Shown: positions 39,373 to 50,423, counted from the stretch's first letter. The stretch: 64,000 bases of DNA from an uncultured delta proteobacterium (GCA_963843145.1 CAWJJC010000027.1:288001-352000); one strand, 5' to 3'. A program made the numbers and translations. The notes: generated by a model from the letters alone, not told the origin.

Positions 39373-39574
39373 GCAGGTCAACCATATTCAGGAAATATTG
39401 AGAATAATTTCGCTGATTTTATCTGGTCCTATCGCCCATTCCTCGCTGGGCGAAAGCCTGATGACCCTGTAATATTGCATGAATCATGCCTTCTTTCCGT
39501 CAGTCCTGTATAGGCTGGAATCCGGAGTTTACTTAACCCGTATCCACCCGGAGGCTGAAAGCGTTGGTCACTTT

Positions 39575-41110
39575 TCATGGTTGGCAAAGAGGCAGCTCAA
39601 TGATGAAGGATGTCCCTCCCAGGGTATTGTTTTCCGCGTGAATCGTCCCGCCGTGCTCCCGGATGATCCCTTTGCAGACAGACAAACCCAGTCCGGTGCC
39701 CTCTCCCGGATCTTTGGTAGTAAAGAACGGCTCGAAAATCAGGCCCAAGTTTTCCGCAAGAATACCCTGGCCGTTATCCGCAACGGTCAGGAGGACAGAA
39801 GGCCTGTTCGAAGAAATTCCCGGACGGTGGACCGTAATAATCAGCCGTTTCTGTCGATTGCCGGCCATCGCGGCACAGGCGTTGCGGATAAGGTTGAAAA
39901 CCACTTCCACCAGCCGGGCGCTTTCCATTTTTACCGGTATGACCTCCGGCGGGGCATGGTACTCAACCTGGACCCGATCATCTTTAATCTTGAGCTCCGC
40001 CATTTGCAGACCCCGGTCGATGACCTGGCGGAGGTCGCCGCCAATAAGCCTCGTTGATTCTTTAGCGGAGGATTGACGCAAGTCATGGACAATCTTTACA
40101 ATTCGCTTTATCTGTTCCCGGCTGATCTGCAGGTTTTCTCTGGCCCCTGGCGAAAGGGGTTCTTCTTCCAGAAATTGAAGCCGCGAGGAGATGATGCTGG
40201 CGGGATTGAGGATTTCATGGGCAACGCCGGCGGCCAAGCGTCCGACAGCCGCATCCCTTTCGATCTGGATCAGCAGGTCTTTTGTCTTCTGCAAATGGTC
40301 CAATGTCTCCGTCAGTTTCTCCTCCGCCTGCTTGCGCCCGGTAATGTCTTTTGATACAACAACGACTTCTGAAATTTCTCCAGCGTGCTTCCGATCCCTT
40401 ATCGGGGTGAAGGTACGGAGAAAATACCTCCCATCCCTTTCACTTCGGTATTCTTGAGTGATCGGTTCACCCATTTTAAATACTTTTCTCATCGTTTCCG
40501 CAAAGTCGTTTGAGTTCTCCCGGGAGTGAAATTTGCTGTATCTTTTGCCGACAATATCCTTTAATGGAAGCCCAAATCTCTGCCGGTGTCCTTCATTCAT
40601 GAATAAATACTCGCCTTCCCGGTTTACTAAATACATGGAATCTATGGAAGACGCTAATAACCGGTATTTCTCCAGACTCTGGGCCAATAGCTCCTCTGTC
40701 TTTCTCCTTTCCTGCTCCACCCTGGAGGTATATAGGGCTATTTCGATATTGACTTTGATCTCACTGCTCTGAAAGGGTTTGAGTATATAACCAAAAGGAT
40801 TGACCAATTTAGCCCGTTCCACCCATTCCCGGTCCGCATAGGCCGTGACAAAGATCACCGGGATTCCCCAACGGGAGCGAATGAGGGCCGCGGCCTCGAT
40901 CCCGTCCATTTGACCTTTCAGAACGATGTCCATGAGGACGAGGTCCGGAGATTCCCGCTCCACCACTTCCAGAGACTTTTTCGCCGAATCCACACAAACA
41001 ATGGCCCTATATCCCAACTGCTCCACGCAGGATTTGAGATCAACGGCAATAACGCCCTCATCTTCCACAATCAGGATTTTGGGTTGGGTTGCTGCTTGCT
41101 GTTCAGTCAT
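39575..41110 (-). CDS. REC-PAS histidine kinase
   Basis: IVEDE, LMDIVLKG, GVAHEILNP, GTGLGL. Confidence 0.9.
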   Translation of the reverse strand: MTEQQAATQPKILIVEDEGVIAVDLKSCVEQLGYRAIVCVDSAKKSLEVVERESPDLVLMDIVLKGQMDGIEAAALIRSRWGIPVIFVTAYADREWVERAKLVNPFGYILKPFQSSEIKVNIEIALYTSRVEQERRKTEELLAQSLEKYRLLASSIDSMYLVNREGEYLFMNEGHRQRFGLPLKDIVGKRYSKFHSRENSNDFAETMRKVFKMGEPITQEYRSERDGRYFLRTFTPIRDRKHAGEISEVVVVSKDITGRKQAEEKLTETLDHLQKTKDLLIQIERDAAVGRLAAGVAHEILNPASIISSRLQFLEEEPLSPGARENLQISREQIKRIVKIVHDLRQSSAKESTRLIGGDLRQVIDRGLQMAELKIKDDRVQVEYHAPPEVIPVKMESARLVEVVFNLIRNACAAMAGNRQKRLIITVHRPGISSNRPSVLLTVADNGQGILAENLGLIFEPFFTTKDPGEGTGLGLSVCKGIIREHGGTIHAENNTLGGTSFIIELPLCQP

Positions 41111-41193
41111 AGAGGTCCCCCCTGAATTGGGTTTTGCTGTTCAACGGTCGGAGTTCGGCAACAGACAGGACCCGGTACTCAGTGTCCTCAACG

Positions 41194-42692
41194 CTATTTT
41201 TTCGGAAAGGTGACTCGAAATTCTGTTCCCCCCTCCTGGTGGATCGTGATAGTACCCTCCAACTGTTGGACCAGGGCCATTACCAGTTGAAAACCCGTGG
41301 AAGCCGTCTGCTGAAAATCCACCTCGCCGGGAAAATCGATACCGTTATCCCCGACCGATAGCCGGATCATCCCCTCATCAACCAGGGCTAACTCCACCCG
41401 GATTTCACCCCCCCCTCCTGCCGGAAAGCCGTGCTTCAGGGCATTGGTTACCAGTTCATTGATGATCAACCCTAAAGGGATGGCTTTATCAATACCGACC
41501 TGGACTTCCTCGACCTCGATTTTAAGATCCACTCCATCCAGATTAGCCCCGTAGGAATAAAATAGACTGCTGCTCAGGTTTCGAAGATAATCGGCCATCT
41601 CGATCCGGGCCAGGTCCGAAGATCCGGTAAAGCTTCTCGTGCACCAGGGCCATGGACTGGATGCGGTCGTGGGTTTGCTTAAAAGCCTCTAGGACCTCGG
41701 GGTCCTTGATCTTCCTGGTCTGTAGATTCAACAGACTTTGAATCACCTGCAAATTGTTCTTCACCCGGTGATGGATCTCCTTGAGCATGGTCTCCTTCTC
41801 CAGAAGCGACGCCTTGAGCTTTTCCTCCACCTGTTTGCGCTCGGTGATGTCGATATAGCTGTATCGGATAGCCTGCGGTCAGCAGACGGCAATCGGACTA
41901 ACCGCGTTCACAGATAGATCCTTTCCTTCGCCATTATGGATCGCCCTTTCAGTCACCACCTTTCTCTAGCCATGGTACCTTTCGATGTTCTTTTTTATGC
42001 TCTCGGAGATGGGGCGTCCATCAGGCTGGATCGGCGCATAGAAACCTTGCGGTCCAACCTTGAGTAATTCAGGGCTATATCCGAACAGCTTTTCGGCTTG
42101 GGCATTGGCCGAAATAAACCGATTTTCATCGACGTCGAAAACTAGGATAGCTTCCGGCGCCTGTTCCAATAACAAGCGAAACCGCTCCTCGCTCTCCCGC
42201 ACTCTCCTCCGCCTGCTTGCGTTCGGTGATGTCCACTATCACGCCAAGCAGCCCCGCCACTTCACCTTTAGCATTTGTGAAAGTCGCCTTGTTGAAGATA
42301 ACGTTGCGGCGTATTCCATTTGAAGATGCGACTGAAGTTTCGTAGCTTTGCACACCGGGGTTGTTGAGCAACTCCTTGTCGGCCCTCTCGTAAATCTCAG
42401 CCAAGTCCGGAGGTGAAATGTCATACACTGTCTTTCCGATGATTTGATCCAGCGGCCGCCCCCAGAGTCGCTCAAGCGCCTTATTGCCTCCACGATAGAT
42501 GCCGTCTGCATCTTTGTAAAAGATAGGAGAAGGAATCGCATCCATCAACATCTGTTGGAACAGTATGTTGTTTTGGATTACTTCTTCCGCCTGCTTGCGC
42601 TCGCTATCTGAATTTTCGAGTTCAGCAATCCTCCAGCGAAGATTTTCCACTTCCTCTAGCAGTTGTTCTTTGGACTTCCTGTAATCGTTCAT
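41194..42692 (-). pseudogene. PAS-PAS-HisKA_2 sensor kinase split by several frameshifts
   Basis: Consecutive fragments 42126..42692, 41966..42202, 41543..41830 ([12 protein letters not shown]) and 41194..41598 (NELVTNALKH, DNG). Confidence 0.8.
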
Positions 42693-42724
42693 TCCTTACA
42701 TCCCCAATGGAGGCATTCACCATA

Positions 42725-42756
42725 AAAAACCCCATCTCTCTATTGAGAAATGGGGT
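42725..42756 (-). terminator. Terminator-like hairpin in the leader of the kinase gene
   Basis: Minus strand ACCCCATTTCTC-AATA-GAGAGATGGGGT-TTTTT. Confidence 0.55.
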
Positions 42757-43208
42757 CCGTTATTCTTTCATTTGACTTCCTTTTTATGAAGGTGACATCA
42801 AGAAAACATTTGATTTCACAAATACCAATTCTTTTTATACCATAACATCAGCAATTTTCAAATAATTTCCTTCAGGTACCCCCCCGGCTTTGCCGGAGGT
42901 CCATGACTGGGGTCCTGGATCGCAGGGAGCCTTGCAGGCCTGTCTCCCCTGTTCATCACTGGAATCCAAGCTATTTTTTTCTATTTTTCAATCAACGGAA
43001 GAGAGGTCTTCCCCTCGTAAGCCGGGCAGAAAACAGTCGTGGAAGAGGAAGTCGAAGTACCATCCCCCATATAGGCATTCGCCGTCAATAAAAAGGACCT
43101 GAACACAGTTCGGGTTCCTCATCTGGAGGGTGACCGAAGCCGCCTGGGCGAGCTCGCCGGGAAACCGCAAGACCGTGATCAGACCAACCAACAGAAAAAG
43201 GTTGTTCA

Positions 43209-43289
43209 CCCTTTTGGGTGGGTAGACACAATATGTGGTAGCTTAGACTGAATTCGGGCCTCCGTGGCCGCCGGGTCTCGGCGAAAGGG
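43209..43289. repeat. 81-bp dispersed repeat, copy A (copy B at 54244..54324)
   Basis: Gapless alignment, about 66/81 identical by hand count; CCCTTTTG...CGAAAGGG ends. Confidence 0.75.
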
Positions 43290-43412
43290 ATTCCCACCTT
43301 GCTTTTTAGGTTCTAACCCGACCCTTATGTTTTCAAATCTTCCAGGAGGCAGGTCCGGCCTGGGAGGCACCAAGAAACACGGAGTTTGGGCCTGCTCTAA
43401 ATAAAATTATAT

Positions 43413-43952
43413 TTGCGGGCCATGCGCGCCATCGAGATCTGCAAAACCGCTGCCCTGGGTGGCCATAAGGATCAATGCGACCACTGCGGTCATCTGGATA
43501 TATCCTATAACTCCTGCCGGAACCGGCACTGCCCCAAATGCCAGACGTTACGGAAAGAGCAATGGATCGAGGCGCGCGGTCAGGACCTCCTGAAAAGACA
43601 ACCTGTCCGGTCTGTCAAAAAGGCAAAATGTCCCGGATAGCGGTATTGCTTCCCTATCGAAGCCACAGCCCCTAGCTATTCAGAGAAGTCCTATGATCCA
43701 TTTACAAACCAACCCTCCCGCTTCCTGCGAAAAGGGCACCCTGTTTCGCCAGGGCTTCCTATGGCCAAAATCCATACATTACCACTTCCCCCGATCAGCA
43801 ATGGCCCAATCGATACCGTTACCGGCACCTAGGACCAACCAGTTCCAGTCCCTAAACGAAGGCCATCCGCCTGGCAGACCCTCTCCACTAGGAAATAAAC
43901 TGCGAAGACAGGATTGAATCCCCATAGGAGGCGGCAGCGGCTCCGTTCTTCA
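43413..43952 (+). mobile_element. Internally deleted IS91-family element remnant
   Basis: Transposase zinc-binding N-terminus (CKTAALGGH...CDHC...YNSCRNRHCPKCQ) abutting a C-terminal CPVCQKGKM fragment; terminus-like ATTGAATCCCCATAG...GCGGCTCCGTTC. Confidence 0.75.
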
Positions 43953-44099
43953 TGCGTCAATCCAAAATTGCTCTCCAGGCTTTGGATATCTTCATATTCT
44001 TCCCTTGAGCAACTTTGAATTGACGCTTATTCGAAATATGGGCAAAATGGTTGGCCTACCCCGGACTTAACTCGTGGTCCTTCCTTCGGGTTTAACTCA

Positions 44100-44312
44100 G
44101 AGATCCTTCTCTATTCTGCTGTTCTCAACGGTTTGGTCGCACCTCCATTAATTGCTGTGTTGCTGTTCATCTGCAACAACCGTAATATTGTTGGCAAGAA
44201 TGCGAACGGATGGCTATCAAATACTCTTGGGTGGCAAGCCGTGGTTCTCATGTCCTTACCAGGAGAACTTTTGATCTGGTCGCTCTTCACTCACCACCGA
44301 GAAATTGCATGA
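44100..44312 (+). pseudogene. C-terminal fragment of an NRAMP-family divalent metal transporter
   Basis: Manual translation EILLYSAVLNGLVAPPLIAVLLFICNNRNIVGKNANGWLSNTLGW...*; no start codon and no upstream part. Confidence 0.65.
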
Positions 44313-44352
44313 TTAAAGTGGCAGTAATCAGATACGTTCCAATCAAGAACCC

Positions 44353-45282
44353 TTATCCTCCTAATTGGCGTTCGTCCCTTGGTCGCCATGCCTCCGCCTC
44401 TATGAATACACGCTTCACCTGCGGATAGGCTTCCCTAATCTTTCTATCCAACCCAACCACAGCCTTCTCGATTTCGTTTGCGGAGGCAGGGTCCGTGAAA
44501 TCGACACTTATGTTGACCAGTATGAAATCCGGTCCCATGTGCATGGTCAGTATTTCGTTGACGTGTTGAATTTCCCCGCATGAACCTGCGATGTCCCGTA
44601 TTCCTTTCACAACTTCTCGGTTGGCGCCTTCTCCTATCAAGAGGCCTTTTGTTTCATAAGCAAGAAAAGTCGCCGTTGCAGCGAGGATGAAGCCTATGAT
44701 GATTGACGCTGAGGCGTCAAAACGCGGGTTTCCGGTGGCGTGGCTGAGATAGATGCCGGCAAACGCGACGGCAAGGCCAAGAAGAGCCGCCGAATCCTCA
44801 AGGAGGACAACGAAAATGGAAGGGTCTTTGCTCCGGTGGACGGCCTCAAGGTAGTCCCTTTTTCCCTTTCCTTTGGAGAATTCTCTCAGTGAGATAAACC
44901 AGGTTGCCCCTTCAAACACCATAGATATAATTATGACCACATAGTTGACAGTAGGGTTTAGGATGGGACGAGGTGCAGCGAGGCGATGGATGCCCTGGTA
45001 TATTGAAAGACCGGCACCCACGCCGAATATCTGAATGGCAACGATAAAACTCCAGAAGTAGACTTCTTTACCATGACCGAAGGGGAATCGTTCATCGGCC
45101 GGCATCTTCGCCTGTCGTAATCCGTATAATATGAGAAGTTGGTCGCCCGTATCGACAACGGAATGAATTGCCTCCGAAAGCATTGCGGAACTGCCCGTTG
45201 TGAGAGCGGCAATGAACTTCGTCACCCCAACGAAACAGTTCCCGATTAGCGCAGCATAGACTACTTTCTTGCGAGATTCCAA
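44353..45282 (-). CDS. Cation diffusion facilitator (CDF) transporter
   Basis: AALIGN, SEAIHSVVD, PFGHGKEVYFW, LEDSAAL, RVFIEAE; start position approximate. Confidence 0.9.
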   Translation of the reverse strand: MESRKKVVYAALIGNCFVGVTKFIAALTTGSSAMLSEAIHSVVDTGDQLLILYGLRQAKMPADERFPFGHGKEVYFWSFIVAIQIFGVGAGLSIYQGIHRLAAPRPILNPTVNYVVIIISMVFEGATWFISLREFSKGKGKRDYLEAVHRSKDPSIFVVLLEDSAALLGLAVAFAGIYLSHATGNPRFDASASIIIGFILAATATFLAYETKGLLIGEGANREVVKGIRDIAGSCGEIQHVNEILTMHMGPDFILVNISVDFTDPASANEIEKAVVGLDRKIREAYPQVKRVFIEAEAWRPRDERQLGG

Positions 45283-45670
45283 AGTATTTGAAAAGAATTT
45301 CCTTTTTGGTGGTAACAGTATAAGAAAAGATAAAAACACGGTCAACGAGAAAAATAGGCGAAAGGCAAGGGGACAAAAGGGGCCTTTTGAAGAACAAGGA
45401 CGCTGGGAATCCGATGAGTCTATCTGGAGTTCTAGAGATGGTTTGAGGGGGCTACGTTTTGTTTGCCAATGATTAAATCTTCTACCTGGTTGATAACAAT
45501 TTCGGTTTGTACTCTTCCGTTTTAATCAAAATGGAAATTTGAGGAAACAGAAAGGAAGCGGTATTGGGGGATACCGGACAATGAGTTGCTTTCCGTTATA
45601 CCCGGTATTATACTTTTAACAGCAACTATAGGTCCCTCGTGTAGACCTTCTGAGAAGCGGAGATAAGCAG

Positions 45671-46252
45671 ATGACAATTGAGTATGTGATCTTGAACTAT
45701 GGGTATGTGGCGTTGGTTATCGGCACATTCTTGGAAGGAGAAAGCATCTTGATTGTCGCGGGTTTTGCAGTACACCTTGGATACCTAAAGTTGCCGTGGG
45801 TTATACTATGCGCCTTCGCGGGGACGGTGGCGAGTGATCAACTTTATTTCTTTCTTGGGCGAGTGAAGGGTGAAGCGTTCCTGCAGAGACGGCCTCGTTG
45901 GAAGATAAAGGTTAAACGGGTTTGGAAGCTTCTCGACCAGTACCGGACGCTCTTGGTTATCGGATTTCGTTTTGTGTACGGTCTTCGTACCGTGACACCT
46001 TTCGCAATTGGCCTGAGCAACATCCGCACGAGCCGTTTTATTGTTCTCAATATGATGGGGGGGATCGCCTGGTCAGTTGTTGTGGCCCTTGTCGGTTACT
46101 TTTTCGGAGCCGCAGCAAGGGCAGTCGAGATCGATGTTAAGAAGTACGCTCACTGGATCATTGCTGGAATGCTTTTAACCGCCGCTGTAGTCTGGATAAT
46201 CTATTTCTTCCACAAGAGGAAAAAGGATCGGACAGAACATCGGCCTGTTTAA
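45671..46252 (+). CDS. DedA family membrane protein
   Basis: GTFLEGE, DQLYFFLGR, FRFVYGLRT. Confidence 0.9.
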   Translation: MTIEYVILNYGYVALVIGTFLEGESILIVAGFAVHLGYLKLPWVILCAFAGTVASDQLYFFLGRVKGEAFLQRRPRWKIKVKRVWKLLDQYRTLLVIGFRFVYGLRTVTPFAIGLSNIRTSRFIVLNMMGGIAWSVVVALVGYFFGAAARAVEIDVKKYAHWIIAGMLLTAAVVWIIYFFHKRKKDRTEHRPV

Positions 46253-46372
46253 AGGGAATGGTGATAGCAGCCAGAAGCCGGAGTATCCCAATAATCTGCT
46301 CCGACGTATAATGCCTTTATATCCCTCCTTATCTTTGAATAGCTTGGACCATAATAAGGGGTAAGGTAGCCT

Positions 46373-46594
46373 CTACCATGTGTGCCGACTTTTCTCAGCT
46401 TCCCCGATCATCTTTCTGGCTTGGGTTACGATAGTCCGTACCTTTTGTGGGTTCATCCCCGCTATTCTCTCTAACCCTTTTATTTCTGCACCAGCAACCT
46501 TGGCAATTGTGTCATAGCCTGATTCGACCAAGCGCCGCGATAGAACTTCCCCTATCCCTTCGAGCTTTTGAAGCTCTTTCATTTGTTCTTTCAT
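46373..46594 (-). CDS. Small helix-hairpin-helix domain protein
   Basis: LEGIGEVLSRRLVESGY, LERIAGM. Confidence 0.7.
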   Translation of the reverse strand: MKEQMKELQKLEGIGEVLSRRLVESGYDTIAKVAGAEIKGLERIAGMNPQKVRTIVTQARKMIGEAEKSRHTW

Positions 46595-46693
46595 AGCATC
46601 TCCCATGATTTTTCATTAGTCGCCAACTAACGTAAACATTAAAATGCAAAGGGGAGGCTCGCTGTCTCCCCTTTTCCTGATATAACCGGATTC

Positions 46694-46903
46694 TTACTCC
46701 GTCGTTTCTGTCTTTGTCTTTGTTGTGGTGGTCTTCATCTTCCTCGTTTTACCCCTGGTGACTGAAAAGGCCATCATCTTGCCGTCTTTCTCCCTGTACT
46801 TCACCGTGACCATGTCGCCGGCCTTCGCCTCGCCCTTCATCTTGACGTTTGAAACATCGAAGGTCATCTCGCCCTTCCTACCTTTCACGGTCATACCAGT
46901 CAT
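46694..46903 (-). CDS. Small Lys-rich OB-fold-like protein, probably N-terminally truncated
   Basis: TVKGRKGEMTFDV...KAGDMVTVKYREKDGKMMA. Confidence 0.5.
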   Translation of the reverse strand: MTGMTVKGRKGEMTFDVSNVKMKGEAKAGDMVTVKYREKDGKMMAFSVTRGKTRKMKTTTTKTKTETTE

Positions 46904-46968
46904 CTCCTTACAAGCCACACGATTACTAAAATAACTATAATCGTTCCAACTACACCCAAGCCCAACAT
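46900..46968 (-). CDS. 22-aa single-TM small protein
   Basis: MLGLGVVGTIIVILVIVWLVRR*, preceded by AAGGAGGTGAT. Confidence 0.55.
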   Translation of the reverse strand: MLGLGVVGTIIVILVIVWLVRR

Positions 46969-47593
46969 AGTATCACCTCCTTAAAACCGAGCTTACTGAT
47001 TTAATTCCATCGGTAGTTCGGCCTTATCTTGAGAGACCCGCCGCTTGTCTCCTTCACACGGAATGTTTAGCTCCCTCAGTATAGGATTTTAATTTGACTG
47101 CTGGGTTAGCATCCCCCTCTTCATCCTTATGGAACCGGTTGTGAAGCAATCATCCAACTTCATGGGCTTCTCAGAAGGTACTTTCATTCGTCTGATTACC
47201 AGAATCATAGATCATAGAAAATTGATATTGCAAAGAGATTGCCAAAACTTCGAAAAAAGGGGAAACTTGGAATCTGGCTTGATATCGGGAGCTTGATTAA
47301 CCGGAGAGAATGGTACCGAAGGTTGAACCGATAAGTTTGACCTCTATATCTGGTGGAACCTCCATATTTGGTGGGAAACTTTGAGGGGTGCCGAACAGAA
47401 AGGAAGCTGAGAATCTGAGTAGTTTATCTGAAGTTTGAAGGCTTTAGGTTTGGGTGGGGGTCATTGGGTTGGTTTGACGATGGTTAAAATTATTAGCTAC
47501 CTTGTAATTGATTACCATTTGAACACTTCCGAATTTTATGAAATAGCAATTGGATGATTTCAGAACTTTAATAATCAACTGGTATAGAAAAAA

Positions 47594-48430
47594 TCAGCCC
47601 AATACCCGCAGTCGGATCCAGGACAGGAGAAAAAGCAGACAACTGATCAGGATGATGGTGGCCCCGGCCGGGGTGTCCAGGTAGAAGGAGAGCAGGATGC
47701 CGGTGAGGCCGGAGAAGGAGGCGGCGCCTACGGCGATCCAGAACAAACTGGCTATTCCCTGAGCCAGGTTCCGGGCCGTGGCCGCCGGGATGACCAGCAG
47801 AGCGGTCACCATAAAAAGGCCCACGGCCCGAAGGCTGAAAGTCACTACCAGGGCCAGCAGGACGGCAAACAGGTATTCCGTTCTTCCGGCGGCGATCCCC
47901 CGGGAGGCGGCCAGATTCGTATTCAGGCTGATCAGAATCAGGCGGTTGAACCAACCGGCCATAAGGAAGAAAATCACCCCCCCCACCAGAAAAAGCAAAA
48001 TCAATTCCTCGTCGGTCAGGGACAGAATCGCCCCATACAAGTAGGCATCAAAGTTCCGGGTTTCCTGCCGGACGAAAAGCAGGGTTATCCCTATGGCCAC
48101 CAGGCCCGAAAGAATGACGCTGATGATCGTATCCGAGGAGAGCTCGGACCGGCTCTTCAAGTAGGTGATAAACAGCCCCGACAAGACTCCCAGCCCGATC
48201 ACCGAATAAAAAGGATCCAGCCCGAAAAGGATCCCCAAGGCCACCCCGGTGAAGGTGGAGTGGCTGATGGCATCCGAAAAAAAAGCCATCCGGAAATTGA
48301 CCACATGCACCCCCATGACGGCGCACAGCGGGGCAATGACCCCCATGGCCAGCACGGCCCGCCACATGAAGGAAAATTGGGCCCATTCGAAGGGGACCCA
48401 GGATTGGAGGGCGGCATAGAGGGGGTCCAT
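47594..48430 (-). CDS. Zn/Mn ABC transporter permease (ZnuB-like)
   Basis: MAFFSDAISHSTFTGVA, LVIPAATA, DTPAGATI. Confidence 0.92.
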   Translation of the reverse strand: MDPLYAALQSWVPFEWAQFSFMWRAVLAMGVIAPLCAVMGVHVVNFRMAFFSDAISHSTFTGVALGILFGLDPFYSVIGLGVLSGLFITYLKSRSELSSDTIISVILSGLVAIGITLLFVRQETRNFDAYLYGAILSLTDEELILLFLVGGVIFFLMAGWFNRLILISLNTNLAASRGIAAGRTEYLFAVLLALVVTFSLRAVGLFMVTALLVIPAATARNLAQGIASLFWIAVGAASFSGLTGILLSFYLDTPAGATIILISCLLFLLSWIRLRVLG

Positions 48431-48512
48431 ATTCAACCAACCAGGGAGAAGGGAGAAGAGAGAAGGAAGAGAGGAGAAAGGAGATGGAAGAGGGAAGATG
48501 AAAATCTCATGT

Positions 48513-49337
<825 letters not shown>

Positions 49338-49347
49338 AATGGCCTCC

Positions 49348-50337
49348 TTAGCGAAATATTCTTTTCATGGCTTCCAGGTTGGCTCTCATCACCCGTTCAT
49401 AGGTGCCGGCAGCCGGCTGACCGGTAGCCACGGGGTCCAGAAGAAGAATCGGGGTCCCGGTTTCCCGGGCCAGAGTCCGGGCAGTCTTATCGGAATACTG
49501 GGGTTCGGTGATAATGGCCGTCACCCCGTCCTTTTTGATCACCCGGATCAACCGGACCATCTCCCGCGGAGAGGGCTCCACGCCGGGGGCCGATTGGATC
49601 GACCCCACATCCTGCCAACCCAGGTCTCGGGCCAGATAATCGAAACTGTTGTGAACGGTCAAAACCTTTTTATTCCGGGACCGGCCCACCAGAGACTTCA
49701 TTTCCTCAAACAAGTTCTCCAGCTTCAGTTGATACGCCTTTCCGTTGGCCCGATAAAGCTCGGCTCGACCCGGATCAATCCGGGCCAGGCCCTCGGCGAT
49801 GGCCTTGACCATCAAGGCCGCCTGTTTCGGCGAGACCCAGGCATGCCCGTTCACCGCGTCTTCCGCGTCGGAAAGATCGTGGCTGACCGAGCGTTTTCTC
49901 TTTTCAGGCGGATGATCGGTATCCGGTCCTTTCAAAGGCACTATCCCTTCCGTAGCGATAATCCACTGGACTCGAGGATGGGCCTGCTTGAGGGGTTTGG
50001 TCAAGAATTCTTCCAGGCCCAACCCATTAACGATGATCACCTCAGCTTGAGCAATTCGCTTCATTTCCCCGGGGGTTAAATCATAGTCGTGGGGACAACC
50101 CAGATTGGGAGGCAAAAGCATCTCCACCCGGACCCCGGGGGCCTTACCCACCACATTCAAGGTAAAAATGGTCACCGGCAGGGTCGTAGTAACGATTCGC
50201 AAGGGGATTGCATTCTTTTTACCCTCCACCGCCTGGGCGGCAAGGAGATTTGGAAACATGAGTCCGAGAGCTAATAGCCAGACCAGGAAGGCCTTAGGGC
50301 TTACCATCTTCTTTAGAATCCCCGCTATCCTGTTCAT
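49348..50337 (-). CDS. Zn/Mn ABC transporter substrate-binding protein (ZnuA-like)
   Basis: Signal peptide, CPHDYDLTP, NGLGLE, HAWVSP, HNSFDY. Confidence 0.92.
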   Translation of the reverse strand: MNRIAGILKKMVSPKAFLVWLLALGLMFPNLLAAQAVEGKKNAIPLRIVTTTLPVTIFTLNVVGKAPGVRVEMLLPPNLGCPHDYDLTPGEMKRIAQAEVIIVNGLGLEEFLTKPLKQAHPRVQWIIATEGIVPLKGPDTDHPPEKRKRSVSHDLSDAEDAVNGHAWVSPKQAALMVKAIAEGLARIDPGRAELYRANGKAYQLKLENLFEEMKSLVGRSRNKKVLTVHNSFDYLARDLGWQDVGSIQSAPGVEPSPREMVRLIRVIKKDGVTAIITEPQYSDKTARTLARETGTPILLLDPVATGQPAAGTYERVMRANLEAMKRIFR

Positions 50338-50423
50338 ACGACTCCTTTCTAATTGGATAAACCGCTTGATTTATACAATCTATTTAATAGAATATATTTA
50401 TTGAAAATCGTCAAGGATTTTGT

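Noticed and set aside
42988-43209. 73-aa ORF with a signal-peptide-like start
   Set aside because: No convincing RBS or family motif; possibly a decayed gene, but unsupported
48443-48500. Purine-rich tract as the N-terminus of the permease (ORF from 48631)
   Set aside because: It is an intergenic low-complexity heptamer-like repeat; the permease more plausibly starts at ATG 48430
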